Below the pieces are notes generated by a model. The model ran no database searches. It was given only the letters and a program-made list of their open reading frames with translations, and was not told where the DNA came from. A stretch of 64,000 nt of DNA from Candidatus Brocadiaceae bacterium. Its GTDB lineage: Bacteria > Planctomycetota > Brocadiia > SM23-32. This document shows positions 35,673 through 46,612 of this stretch, in pieces. The DNA is taken from assembly GCA_963805825.1 (NCBI GenBank), contig CAWDVO010000022.1, positions 79,641 through 143,640 on the forward strand. Direction: 5' to 3'. Within the stretch, counting starts at the first letter, position 1, and every line of letters begins with the position of its first letter. Both the position numbers and the translations under genes were made by a program.

Positions 35673-37415
35673 TCATATCTCCAGTCTTGCCGAGGCAATT
35701 CCTCGGTACAACGTGCGCACCTTCGAGGGGAGAAGGTCGGCCGGTAGCCTCAGCTCAATCTGAACGGCCTCCTTGACCGGTTCCGGCCACACTGTGTAGA
35801 CGCCGCCGACCTGCGCGCGGCGCATCCTCTCGGTGTCGAGCAGCACGACGATGGCAGCGCTGTCCCCCACGAGCAGCGCACGGGCGCCGATCCTGCTGCT
35901 GGACGAACTCGCCCACTCGACCGGGCAAGCTCGGCATAGCAGGGGCTTCAGGGCCTGCAGCTCCAGGTTGAGGCGGGCAAACCTCGACTGCTCAAGGAGG
36001 TCCAGGGGGGGGTTGCCGACCGACCGGTAGATGATCCCTCGCGAGCCGGCCGCAAGGGACACGTACACCGTGAAGCGCGTGTCATCCACCGATGGAACGT
36101 GGTCACCATAGTCCTGGAAATATGGATCAGGTCCCAGCCCCTCCGTCGTCATGAAAGGACGCGGGCGGCATGCCAGGCGCGACTGGCTCCTCAGCCAGAA
36201 AAACGGGTGCAGGGCGGTGCGATAGGACGCCGGTGAGCTGGGGTCATTCAGGGGATACAGGGCCCGGTCGATGTTGAAGGAGCTGACGTCTGCGAGGGCC
36301 CCGAACTGGTAGTACGCCTGCGGCGCTCCCGCCCGGCAAATGTGAATGGTGTGGACCTTGTTCTGGTGCGCAAGGTATATTGCATTGCTCTGTTTCATGA
36401 ACTTCGCCGCCGCTTCACTCGCAGTCCCGTGAGCGTGGGCGATGCAGTTGATGATCTGCACGTAGGGGTCCGGATAGGGATTGCCGAAGGCGATGGGGCT
36501 GAATATCCTGTTGCCAACCGGGTCCAGGTGCGGGGCAACCGCAAAGGGGAGCGCCCCCCCGACCACGGGAAACATGGCCTGCGCACGTACGAATGCAGGG
36601 GCGCTTGTCTCGTGCTGGCCATCGGTTGCGCGCACGCACACATAGGCATACGAAGCAACTTCAGGGGCTTCCGCAAGGTGCTGGACGACGCAGCCAGTCT
36701 CACCTGGATGCAGGGGGCTGTTCACCAGGGCGGGGACGTCGGGCACGGGTTCTCCGTTGAACTCGACGGTCTCCAGACTCCAATCCCTGTCGGACTGATT
36801 CGTCACGTAAACGTCGAGTTCGTGCAGGTCCTGGGAAAAGCCCACCGACTCAACCCTCAGTGGGGAGAGAGCGCAAGTCCCTTGATACCCCGTGAGCGAA
36901 GTGCCCTGCCTGGAGACTGCCACCTCGAATCTGCCCGAGGTCGGTAGCCCGTCCACCGGTTTCAGGCACAACTCCCCGACCTGGGCAGGCGGGAGAACTG
37001 GGGGAAGCAGATGAAGCCAGACGAGGGGAAGGTCTCGCGTGGCGCCCCGCGCACCGTCCACGACCTCCAGGTCTGCTGTCAGGTCGTCGACCGGACTGTC
37101 CGATTCATTCCGTACGAAGAGTCGCAGGAGTCCGGCGGTCCACTCGCCTTGCGGCTCATATTGCACATCGACCACCTCCAATGTGGGGCCCTCGGAGTCC
37201 TCCTCGGCCGCGTAGGCCAGGACTGGGAGCACGGACAGGCAGACAGCCCATGCGAGCACGACTATGCTTCGCGGCTTCATTAATGCCAACGGACGACGGT
37301 CTTGGTGGCGACGGAATGACATACGAGTACCTCCTTGGAGCCGGACCGCTTGTATGCCGTCATGACGACCACAACGGCTCACCTTGCCCCGCGCCAAGCA
37401 GGGACAGGTATTCAC
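35673..37415 (-). CDS. secreted hypothetical protein
   Basis: 580-aa ORF. Internal signal peptide MKPRSIVVLAWAVCLSVLPVLAYA suggests the true start is near 37280. No recognised domain. Confidence 0.5.
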   Translation of the reverse strand: MNTCPCLARGKVSRCGRHDGIQAVRLQGGTRMSFRRHQDRRPLALMKPRSIVVLAWAVCLSVLPVLAYAAEEDSEGPTLEVVDVQYEPQGEWTAGLLRLFVRNESDSPVDDLTADLEVVDGARGATRDLPLVWLHLLPPVLPPAQVGELCLKPVDGLPTSGRFEVAVSRQGTSLTGYQGTCALSPLRVESVGFSQDLHELDVYVTNQSDRDWSLETVEFNGEPVPDVPALVNSPLHPGETGCVVQHLAEAPEVASYAYVCVRATDGQHETSAPAFVRAQAMFPVVGGALPFAVAPHLDPVGNRIFSPIAFGNPYPDPYVQIINCIAHAHGTASEAAAKFMKQSNAIYLAHQNKVHTIHICRAGAPQAYYQFGALADVSSFNIDRALYPLNDPSSPASYRTALHPFFWLRSQSRLACRPRPFMTTEGLGPDPYFQDYGDHVPSVDDTRFTVYVSLAAGSRGIIYRSVGNPPLDLLEQSRFARLNLELQALKPLLCRACPVEWASSSSSRIGARALLVGDSAAIVVLLDTERMRRAQVGGVYTVWPEPVKEAVQIELRLPADLLPSKVRTLYRGIASARLEI

Positions 37416-39301
37416 CGGTAGCCGAGCGAGCGCAGTTGTTCGATGAGTTCGCTGGACGGCCTGCCCGGATTCACGAACGAACCCTCGTTATCCTCCAACA
37501 ACTTCTGGTTCTCCCGTATGGTTTCCTGGATACGGGTCAGCATCTGCCGTGAGACCTCAGGCTCCAGAGAATACAGGTTACGGGTCTCGGCCGGGTCAGT
37601 CTCCAGGTTGAACAGCCTCCTTGGCGCCAACTGCCCGTACCAGACGCTCGAGCCCACGTCCGCAGGGCCCGCCGACGACTCGTCGGAGGAAGGCGTGTAG
37701 ATCAGCTTCCATCTTCCTGACGTGTAGGCCTTCCGGTCCGGCCCCCAGTCTGGGCCCTCGCTGTACGCCCACCCGTAGTCCTCGCTACTCGCGCTGCCCT
37801 GCAGCAGAGGCATCAATGAGGTCGCCTGGACCGTAGGCGGCACCTGCACGTGGGCGATGTCCAGTACGGTCGGCATGAGGTCCATATTCTGGATGCGCGT
37901 TTCGATGACCTTGCCAGCCGGTACACCCGGCCCAACGAGGATCATCGGCACGTGCAACAGGGTCTGGTAGAGACACTGCCCATGCTCGCCGACCGGGCTG
38001 CCCTCCTTGTCGTAAACGTCCCTGAAGTCGTCTCCATGATCGGCAAACACAACCACGACTGTCCTGTCGAGCAATCCGAGAGCCTCCAGCTCCTGCCAGA
38101 GCTTCTGCACGTAGTCGTCCACGTACCGTATGCCGCTGTCGTAGTTCCGAATGGCCGTCTCCTGACGATCCTCCTCAGGACCGACGAAGACCCTTCGGGT
38201 GTAGGGAGAATGCACCTCGTAGGTATGAAAGAAGAGAAGGAACCGCTCGTCCCGATGTTGCTCCAGCCACCGTACCGCCGCATCATACACCGGAGGCACC
38301 TTCCCCCAGCCGGGAGTTGTCTGATAGGCGTCGAAGCCTTGGGCAAGTCCTCTCTCGGGGACCGTCGCTCCCCCGCCCGTCACCCCCATCGTGTTGTATC
38401 CGTGCGCGGATAGGAGACGCGCCAGGGTCACAGCGCGGGAGTTGAAGGTCGCCGGGCCGTCTCTCTTCCCACTCCAGTTGCACAGCGGATATTGCCCGGT
38501 GAACACGGAAAAAAGGGATGGTGACGTCCAGGGCGCCTGGCTGTTGCAGGCTGCGAACCGCGTCCCGCCCTTCGCCAATCGGTCCAGGAACGGGCTGGTC
38601 TGGCGCCAGTAGCCGTAGCAGCCGAGGTGGTCGGCACTCAGGGTATCGAGGCAGATCAGGACCATGTTCGGCCGTTCGGCCGAAGCGCGCCCGTAAGGGC
38701 CCGCAAGGCTGACGGCGACCTCATAGGCCTTCCCGGGCAGGACCTCCGACCTGACGAAGAGTTGACCCCGTTCTCCGGCGTGCCCTGACAGGTCCAGACG
38801 AGTCGTCCCCCAAGCCGGAACGTTCGCATCGACGCGCAGTCGGGCAATGGGGAACACTTCGCCCTTCTCGGTCATGTACTCAACGTCGCACTCCACGAAC
38901 CCACCCGCGTTAGCGCCCGAAGCACCCAGGAGAGAGAGTTCATAGAGCGATGCGTCAGGCGTTGGTTCCACCTCGCGCTTCCACACGGGTCCATCCTCGG
39001 TCAGAAGGCCCAGGACCGGGCGAGACAGCCTGTCAACCGTAGCCAGCCCCAGGGCCGGGAGGTAAGTCACAGGGCTCTTGGCCGTCTCCTGCAGGTCCCC
39101 ATCGAACGAGTGCAGCTCCAGCTTGGTCGGCAGATCGGCCTGACCTCTGGCCGTCGCCCCGCAGGCCAGGAGGGCCACTACCAAAACGCACGTGAACCAC
39201 CCGGCTGTGTGTCCCCGCCAGTCGATGCCCGTCCCCACCATCCTGCCAATCCCGCCCATGTCGTTCACTCCGCCAGTGTCATCCGCCATCGCGCACGGCA
39301 C
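37412..39301 (-). CDS. sulfatase-like hydrolase/transferase (alkaline phosphatase superfamily) lacking the canonical C/S-x-P-x-R formylglycine motif
   Basis: MVLICLDTLSADHLGCYGYWRQTSPFLDRL...NSQAPWTSPSLFSVFTGQYP. Sulfatase N-terminal fold, but T-S-P-S-L replaces C-T-P-S-R. N-terminal TM/signal segment. Confidence 0.6.
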   Translation of the reverse strand: MPCAMADDTGGVNDMGGIGRMVGTGIDWRGHTAGWFTCVLVVALLACGATARGQADLPTKLELHSFDGDLQETAKSPVTYLPALGLATVDRLSRPVLGLLTEDGPVWKREVEPTPDASLYELSLLGASGANAGGFVECDVEYMTEKGEVFPIARLRVDANVPAWGTTRLDLSGHAGERGQLFVRSEVLPGKAYEVAVSLAGPYGRASAERPNMVLICLDTLSADHLGCYGYWRQTSPFLDRLAKGGTRFAACNSQAPWTSPSLFSVFTGQYPLCNWSGKRDGPATFNSRAVTLARLLSAHGYNTMGVTGGGATVPERGLAQGFDAYQTTPGWGKVPPVYDAAVRWLEQHRDERFLLFFHTYEVHSPYTRRVFVGPEEDRQETAIRNYDSGIRYVDDYVQKLWQELEALGLLDRTVVVVFADHGDDFRDVYDKEGSPVGEHGQCLYQTLLHVPMILVGPGVPAGKVIETRIQNMDLMPTVLDIAHVQVPPTVQATSLMPLLQGSASSEDYGWAYSEGPDWGPDRKAYTSGRWKLIYTPSSDESSAGPADVGSSVWYGQLAPRRLFNLETDPAETRNLYSLEPEVSRQMLTRIQETIRENQKLLEDNEGSFVNPGRPSSELIEQLRSLGYR

Positions 39302-39995
39302 CGCCGCTGTCCGTCACCTTCTCCGCTCCCGACCTCTGGCTCGAGTCCAGGCTCCTGGCGGTGGAGGGCTGGGGTGTGTAGCCGGTGAGTTCGGAACTCA
39401 GCCGCACCTGCTGGAACTCGAGCCACTCCCGCCACTCGGGGCGCTTCTCACGAGGTAGGGCAGACTCCACCAGGTCCAGGGTCTCCTTAGTTTGCTCCCC
39501 CATCCGGACATACGTGCGAACGAGATTGCCCATCACCAGAGCGTTCCCAGGTGCCAGGCGCAGGGCGGTACGGTACGCCTCCGCGGCTTCACGTAGCTGG
39601 CCGCCCCTCTCGAGCACCAGGCCCATGTTGTAGTACGGCTCATATTGCCTGAGCACGGAAGCCGCGGCGTCAAACGACACGGCCGCAGAGTAATAGTCAT
39701 GCAGCCGGTAGTACACAACGCCCAGGTCGTTCTGGGCGGTACCGTAGTAGGGGTCGTTCTGCAGCGCCAGTCCGAAGAGACGCTTGGCCTCTTCAAGCCG
39801 CCCCTCCGTCAACGCCCGTGAACCATCGGCGTACAGTCTCTGCGCCCGCTCCTTCGCCTGGTTGCTCTCCAGAAGGAGGGCATCTATGCCCTTCGGGGCA
39901 CCCCGGCTCGCTGCACAGCCGTCCGAAAGGAACCCGAGCACAGCCATGAAGCCGAACGCCAGCAGAAGCAGCGGTTCGCGAGATGGTCCGGTCAC
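39279..39995 (-). CDS. TPR-repeat lipoprotein, possible secretin pilotin (PilF/Tgl-like)
   Basis: 238 aa. Lipobox GFLSDGC. TPR repeats (AKRLFGLALQNDPYYGTAQNDLGVVYYRL...). Immediately downstream of the secretin with a 4-bp overlap. Confidence 0.5.
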   Translation of the reverse strand: MTGPSREPLLLLAFGFMAVLGFLSDGCAASRGAPKGIDALLLESNQAKERAQRLYADGSRALTEGRLEEAKRLFGLALQNDPYYGTAQNDLGVVYYRLHDYYSAAVSFDAAASVLRQYEPYYNMGLVLERGGQLREAAEAYRTALRLAPGNALVMGNLVRTYVRMGEQTKETLDLVESALPREKRPEWREWLEFQQVRLSSELTGYTPQPSTARSLDSSQRSGAEKVTDSGGAVRDGG

Positions 39996-42155
39996 TTGGC
40001 ACCTCCTATGGCGATAGGGTCGCTCGTCGGATAGCCGCTGCTGACCCCTGCTGCTTCGGCGTTCTTCTCGCTGACGTGCTTGAGGACCTCGAACTGGCGG
40101 TCCCTGACGATCGTCAAATGAACGAACGCATATACTGTCACGTTGGTTCTGCTGTTCGACCTGTTCTGGAACAGGAGCCCCAACAGAGGCACGCGTCCGA
40201 GCAGAGGGACCCGATCGATGGAGTGACGCACATCGCTGTTTCGCAATCCCCCGATGATGATGGTGTGACCATCGGGCACGACCGCCACGCTTTGTATCGA
40301 GTCGGTGGCCCGCGGCGGCGGCACGTTCGGGGTCGGCGGTTCGTCGGTGAAGGTGTTCATCGTCAAGAGGTCCTCCAGGCGAATGGAGTTCGATTCGCTG
40401 ATGTGGGGAATGAGCTCAAACGATGTGCCCGCCGTCGCATAGCCGCCGAAGGTGGTCGTTGAGACTGTCTGTCCCTCATTGATCGATGTGAATGGCTGTT
40501 CCTGCACGCTGTCGATGACACCATGTGCGTTGTCGTTGACGAGCAGCTTGGGCGCGCTGCTGATCGTGGCGTCGCCGCTCGATTCTAGTGCGTGAATTAT
40601 CAGCGGAACGTCGTCCGGACGAACTATCGCTGTAGTCAGGCCGGACCGCACGAGGGGCACCCTGGCGCCTGTTGCGGGGTCTAGCGTGGAGAGGCCGAAG
40701 GCTGTGAAGAGAAGGTGCCCCGTGCCATGGGCGCCCGGCAAGTCGGAAGATTCGACTTCCACCCCAAGTGAGAAATCGTCCGTGGCCGCTATCTGCACTA
40801 TGATGGCCTCGATGAGCACCTGCGCTTTCGGCCTGTCGAGCTCCGCAATCAGCCGGCCGATCTCCTCCTGCTGCCTCGCCGTGGCCCGCACGATGACGGC
40901 ATTCGCCTCCTCATCGGGACCTGACGGCCGGGCGCTCCGCCACAACCCCCGCTTCGGGCGTTTCAGCCCCTTGGCCGGCTGTCCCCGGCGTCGGCTGCTC
41001 GGGCGGCGAAGGCGTTGCCGGTGCCGTTGTCTCGCCCTTTGGAGTGCCGGGCTGGTACTGAACGCCTCGAAGGCTGACGCCTCGCGAGCCGGTGGTCGCA
41101 ACGCCTCGGCCTACACCGGCTCCCGTCCGCCCCGCCTCCGTGGTATCGAGAAAAAGGTCCGATATGACCTGGGCGACCGATGCCGGCGCCGAGTTCTCCA
41201 GCCTGTAGACGCGAACACCGCTCGGCACTTCCCGGATCGGCACGTCTACCTGGCGCAGGAACTCCTGAATGCGGTCCTGGTCTTCCTGCGTTCCGGTTAC
41301 GATAATCGTGTTGCCCTGCTCACCCAGGGACACTGCCAGGCGGGGCTCCCCCTTCTCCTGTCTCCCCTCCGCCAACCCGAAATGGGTCAGCAAGTTATCG
41401 TAGACCTCTTTCGCGTCGAGGTTCACGATCTGGTAGTTGCGGACCTGAACTGACCGGGGCTGGTCGAGTTGCCGGGCGAGCTCAGCGAGCTGGGCAACGG
41501 TCTGGTCACTGCCTCTAAGTACGAGGCTGTTGCTCTGGGCGCTCGCGAAGAGCGAGAGAGCTGAACCTGCCGATTCGCCAGTGGGGTAAAGCCCCTTGAG
41601 TTTGTCGGCGAGGTCCTGTGCGGAAGCCCGATGCAGCTGAACCACTCGGATGGCCGGCGCAGCGGACGGCACATCCAGTAACGCAATCACCCTCTTGGCC
41701 TCCGTCAGTGCTCCCGCCGTGTCGTAGATCACGAGGTCGCCGGACTGCGGTTCAGCTACGACCTTCCCCTGCTTGCTCAGGAACGGTTGGACCACGGGCG
41801 CCAACTTGACAGGATCGAGATGCTGCAGTTCCACCACGGCCTTCTCGACGCCGTAGCGTTGCTGGTATTCCTCCCAGCTCATGACGTTGACCGCGTCGCC
41901 CTCTACCACGTAGGTTGCTCCAGAGGCGTCCACGGCGCGCCGCAAGAGTTCCATCGGGTCGATGTCTCGGCCCCAGACGCCCACGCGGGCCTTGACCTCC
42001 GGACTCACGAAGATGCTCAGGCCGGTCGTATCAGATACCACCTTGCAGACGGCCCGGATGTCGGTGTCGGTGAACTCCACCCTCGGGATTGGCGCGAAGG
42101 TGCGTGTGTTCGCCTGACCGGCCGAGGCCCCAGGCGCGCCGGTCACTTCCGCCAT
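39992..42155 (-). CDS. gspD: secretin GspD/PilQ family, apparently frameshifted (two overlapping ORFs 40911..42155 and 39992..41101)
   Basis: N-part carries secretin N-domains. C-part carries ANAVIVRATARQQEEIGRLIAELD... and the secretin C-domain VPLLGRVPLLGLLF...TNVTVYAFVHLTIV. The 190-bp overlap lies in different frames. Confidence 0.65.
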
Positions 42156-42295
42156 GCCTGATGCCGCAATGAAGGCGAGTACCGACGAGCCCGACAGTGC
42201 ACTGTTTCGCGGAACCGCGCATCGCTTCCAGCAGACCTGTCATGCCGCCATTCGTCATTTGCCGACTCCTACGGCGATGCGCAGTTCGAGACGTT

Positions 42296-42844
42296 CTACA
42301 TGGTGAACGTCACCTGTTGTCCCGCCACCTCCAGCACAACACTGCCAGCCCCGACATCGACGACGGTGAAGTCGTCTACCATGTCACCTTCGGCGTAGAG
42401 CCCAAGTGTTCCCTTCCCGCCCTTCTCGACCTCGAAATAGGCCGCTCGTTTTCCTCCCACATTGGCGATCCCGCAGAGGGTCAGGCGCTTCTTTGCGTCT
42501 GCAATCGCATCGGCAACTGCCGTCGTCGGCGGTCCGGGAGATGGCAAGACAAAGAGCTTCCGGCCGCCGATGTGGCTCCTGTAGTCGCCGACACCTGCAG
42601 CCGCACTCCTTACAGCAGGCGAAGGTCCCGTCAACGCAGAGGTCGCGGCAGGGGGCTCGAGAGGTCTTGTCAGGCGCCAGAGCCGGAAGACGGCAAGACC
42701 TGTAACGACCGTCAGGGCGACAAGAAGCACAAGGTTGCCGCGCCGCCACTGGCGGCATATCCTGGCCCAGTCGGCTTCCGTCAGGCTTAGGCCAAGACGG
42801 GGCATTCCAGGCCATATCTGTCCTGGGCGGCCTCTGGCTCTCAT
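42296..42844 (-). CDS. single-TM periplasmic protein, PilP/GspC-like (tentative)
   Basis: 182 aa. TM LVLLVALTVVTGLAVF. C-terminal beta-rich domain. Assignment mainly by position between the PilO-like gene and the secretin. Confidence 0.35.
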   Translation of the reverse strand: MRARGRPGQIWPGMPRLGLSLTEADWARICRQWRRGNLVLLVALTVVTGLAVFRLWRLTRPLEPPAATSALTGPSPAVRSAAAGVGDYRSHIGGRKLFVLPSPGPPTTAVADAIADAKKRLTLCGIANVGGKRAAYFEVEKGGKGTLGLYAEGDMVDDFTVVDVGAGSVVLEVAGQQVTFTM

Positions 42845-43395
42845 CCATGCCCCTCCAGGTGTATGGCGGGTTCCAAGACGGTGATAGCGCTGACCAACAC
42901 CACTGCGCGCAGCACCTCGTAACTGCCGCTGGCGCGCAGGACCATCTCTTCAACGCGGAAGCTCTCTTTGGCCCTGACCAGAGAATCCATGAAACCGGCG
43001 ATCGGTATGACGCCCCCCTCAAGCTCCAGCCGGAACCTGAACCGTCGGTAGAAGCTTCCTTCCTCAACCGGGTAGACACGGACGCCCCTGTCTGTGACCC
43101 CATGGGCCTTCATCGTGCCGGTCACCGTCTGGAGCAGCTGTGCGATCTGCTCCTCGTCACTTCCTTTCTGCTGTGTGATCGCGCCGACCGCCCTGTATTG
43201 CTGCTCCACCTGTCGTTTCTGCCTCAGGCTTGCCTGGTGCTGAGCGAGTTCCGTTTCCAGGTCCGTTACCTGTGCGTGCAAATCGGTCCAACGGCGCAGA
43301 ACAGGACGGAGAGCCCAGCCCCAGCCGAAATGGATCAGCACGGCCACGCCGACAAGGACCACGAGGTATTTCTCGCGCTGGCTCAGCTTTCTCAC
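42841..43395 (-). CDS. GspM/PilO-like bitopic assembly protein
   Basis: 184 aa. N-terminal TM YLVVLVGVAVLIHF, a coiled coil, then a periplasmic domain. Confidence 0.45.
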   Translation of the reverse strand: MRKLSQREKYLVVLVGVAVLIHFGWGWALRPVLRRWTDLHAQVTDLETELAQHQASLRQKRQVEQQYRAVGAITQQKGSDEEQIAQLLQTVTGTMKAHGVTDRGVRVYPVEEGSFYRRFRFRLELEGGVIPIAGFMDSLVRAKESFRVEEMVLRASGSYEVLRAVVLVSAITVLEPAIHLEGHG

Positions 43396-43528
43396 GGTCG
43401 GGTTTGTCCCTTCTCCTGGGGACGTAAACTGGCCTCACACGTGTACGTGAACTCGGTCAGCGTGCTCCCGCTTCTGCTTACGGGGTGCGTCCCGTGGATG
43501 GTGACCTTGCTCAACACGTCGGACTCCA

Positions 43529-44864
43529 TCAGTTTCCCGAGATAGGATACGCCAAGTCCGTAGACTCCGCCTGCCCGGTGATCGATACCTCCGAACCAGT
43601 CGTCTTGAGTTCCGTGACGTAGATGCCCTGTGGGGTCCTCTGGTACAGCTCGGCCATAACCGCCAGCGGTAGGTCCCTGTCGGCGAGATGGCTCTGCACC
43701 AGAGCCAACTGCTGTCGCTTCCGGCTCACCGACAGAGCGGTCTCCTTAATGGGATCGATCTGCTCGTGCAGGGCCGCTATGCGCTGCCGGATGCCGCGGA
43801 CCTCAAAGGCAAGGGTGACGCCGCAGACAACGGCCAGCGCTGTGCAGAGCGCCGCAGTGGCAAGTGCAAGCGCCCCCACTCTTCTGCGCCTTTCGCGCCT
43901 GCGAAGGGATGTCGGTCTCAGGTCCGCTGACGCCAGTGCGGGCACGCCCCCAGAGGCCGCCGCACCAGCGGCACGCGCCACGCTCGCGCACATCTCCTGC
44001 GGGACATCGCCGGCACCTCCCCTGAGCGGCGCTGCACATCGGACAACCGGCACGTCGCCGCCCGTTTCCGCTCGCTCGGTCGGGGAAACATGTTTGCGCC
44101 AGCATCCCCTTACCGCTGCCACCAGCCCGTCCTGCAAGCTCTCTGGCACGATGATCAGTATCTGCTGAGGCACTATCTTCAGGCGTTCTGCCGCGAGCAG
44201 ACAACCCTCGACGACCTGCCTGCTGACCTTTCCGCCGGCGGCGGGCCCGCTCTCCCACACAGCGCTCCGAAGGTACACCACAGCACCATCTCCTGGTGGC
44301 CACCAGTTCCATGGAGGTGGCGTCGACCAGCACGGCCAACACGGTCTCGCCGCCGTGTCCAGAGATGTCCGCGAACGCTCCCATCCACGCAACGACGGCG
44401 GCCGGGCTGGGCAGCAACGCCTCCGGCACCAGGCCGACCTCCGTGAGGGGGCGGACGAAGGACTCTGCCAGCTGCTCAGAACTCAGGAAAGCGCAGACAT
44501 CGGAGTAACCGGGCTTCTGCACCACGTCCTTGAAGGCAAAGCCGAACAGGCTATCCCCATCGAACAGCGGCGCATCCGAAAGCTCGAACGCAAGCATGGA
44601 ACGGATCTCGTCCGTCTCAGTGCTCGGCAGTTCACACTGCCTGACGGCGAGCACCTTCCGCGGGAAGACCACGCGCAGGTTCCCCCAGGGTACGCGCTTT
44701 GAGCGCAGGTCCCCGAGAAGGGCCGCTGGCGACTCGGCGCAGAGCACTTCCGGCTCCCCGGCGTTCTTCCACAGGACGGCCACTGCTCCTCCGTTGGAGC
44801 AGACGTCTATGCCGACCGCCGTGGGCCGTCTGCTGAACACCATCCTGGCGGGATCCTTTCTCAT
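43529..44864 (-). CDS. GspL-like (PilM actin-like N-domain + PilN-like TM/periplasmic domain), apparently frameshifted
   Basis: ORF 43803..44864 starts well (MVFSRRPTAVGIDVCSNGGAVAVLW...GHGGETVLAVLVDATSMELVA), then degenerates into an R/C/G-rich tail. ORF 43529..44392 carries the plausible continuation ...GDGAVVYLRSAVWESG...LKIVPQQILIIVPESL...TM VGALALATAALCTALAVV...PilN-like. Confidence 0.5.
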
Positions 44865-45950
44865 TGACTTCCGGCAGCGCCATGGTACGCGGACGCACGC
44901 GGATCACCCCATGCCTCCTTCCGGAGGATGGGCGTGAGACGACCGCCTGACCTTTGCACAACAAGCTCGACTTCGTATCGGTGCCGGCCGTTGCTTCCGG
45001 CTGCTGCCGACGTGATGCTGAAGAACTGCGAACGCACGGTGCAGGAACCAGCGATGACGCTGCGTTCGACGTCGGTGAGGCCGGGGATGCGGGAAAGGTC
45101 GTCCCAGGATCGCACAATGCTGTCATCGACAGTAGCCGGCACTCCGTCCGTGCCGCGCCGCCACTTGATCACCTCAGCCGCCGCCTGCTCTCCAAGGCCC
45201 GCAATGTGACTTAGGACTTCGAGAGAGGCGGTGTTGACGTTCACTCGACCGTCCCCATAGGTCGTCACCAGATCACGAAGCCCCATTCTCAGCTTGCCAT
45301 CACCATCGTCGAGAGGGTAGCTCCGAGCCCCGTCGTTCTCATTGTCGTCGAGCAGGCCGTTTCTGTTTGCGTCCTCGCCGTAGTACGCCACGGAATCGAC
45401 TCCTTCGACAAGCAGCAGTTCCACGGGGTGCTCGGGAGCGGCGTGCTTGGGACTTGGACGGCACTCCTTCCCGCTCATATGCGCCGGCCGAAGCCCCCCC
45501 CTCATCGGGACCCATCCACTCCAGTATGGCGGCGGCCATGTCCGCGTCCCCGCCACACAGGTCCCTGAGGTCCTCGGCCGATATCCCCAACAGGTTCAAC
45601 TTGCTCTCCTCGTCGACACAGGTCACTTCGATGGACCGTCCTGCGGCCTCTGACTGGTTGTCGGCGCTCCCCCACAGCAGGCTGTCGACGACGAGCCGAG
45701 AATGCCACGGCTCCGCTAGGTAGTCGGCATCGTCGTTGTCGGCCCTCAGCCGTGCACACGCAAGCGTGATCCCCGCTTCCGCCAGTTCACGCAGACTCGC
45801 CTGTTCGTAACGGTACTGCGCCACCCGCAGTTCGAGGCGGGAACGATGGGCGATGCCAAGAACGAAGAGGGACAGGCCGGACAGGACCACAAGCATCACG
45901 ATCAGCACGAAACCCGAGTCGCCCCGTCCACCTGGTGTCTGTCTGCGCAT
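44861..45950 (-). CDS. gspK: minor pseudopilin GspK, apparently frameshifted (ORFs 45339..45950 and 44861..45556)
   Basis: N-part GFVLIVMLVVLSGLSLFVLG...KLNLLGISAEDLRDL. C-part ...RVNVNTASLEVLSHIAGLGEQAAAEVIKWR (helix-hairpin-helix typical of GspK). The 218-bp overlap contains a C7 homopolymer at about 45491-45499. Confidence 0.55.
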
Positions 45951-45961
45951 CGTGTCGCCAT

Positions 45962-46612
45962 CTACGGCGTTTCAATCGCCGTCGCCACAGGAAATGTTGA
46001 TCGCAGGCTGATGACATCGCTTCGCCGAGGCCTGCGGCCGGCCCGGACAGACAACTCGATTCGGACCGCTTCGGGGATTGCGCCTTTCCGGTCCCATGAG
46101 TCCATCCACTGGGGCGAACCGCTCCCCTGACCGAGGTACTCTACATGCCACTCTTCGACGCCCGACAATACGCGGTCACCGGCGATAGCCGAAATGGGCT
46201 TACTGCCTGCAAAGAACTGGCGCGTACGCTCCACGGTCCCACCTCCTTCGGCAAGTCCCTGTCCCGGATCCAGCTTGTACGCCACATGGGTCAGCGCAGA
46301 AGCCGCTTTGACTGAAGGGTCCACCATGGAGGCTGTGGTAAAGAACGCCAGGCCATTCTGGTCTCCAACGAACGGCGCCTCATCTCCGGACTGCACTTTG
46401 ATCGCGCAACGAAGCTCCACACCCATCCTGTCGACAAACACCCGCCCGGCTGTCAGAGCCGAAAGCCGCGACTCTGTCCTGTCGCCTGATTCCACCAGCG
46501 TCCCGAAGCAGTGGTAGAGTCCGAGCATGAGAACACTGGCCATCGCACTGGCCACCAGGACCTCCAAGAGCGTGAAACCGGCGGTCCGCTTCTCCCCATG
46601 CTGCCTCATCAT
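45962..46612 (-). CDS. gspJ: pseudopilin GspJ-like
   Basis: Prepilin-type N-terminus RTAGFTLLEVLVASAMASVLMLGL. 216 aa. Confidence 0.5.
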   Translation of the reverse strand: MMRQHGEKRTAGFTLLEVLVASAMASVLMLGLYHCFGTLVESGDRTESRLSALTAGRVFVDRMGVELRCAIKVQSGDEAPFVGDQNGLAFFTTASMVDPSVKAASALTHVAYKLDPGQGLAEGGGTVERTRQFFAGSKPISAIAGDRVLSGVEEWHVEYLGQGSGSPQWMDSWDRKGAIPEAVRIELSVRAGRRPRRSDVISLRSTFPVATAIETP

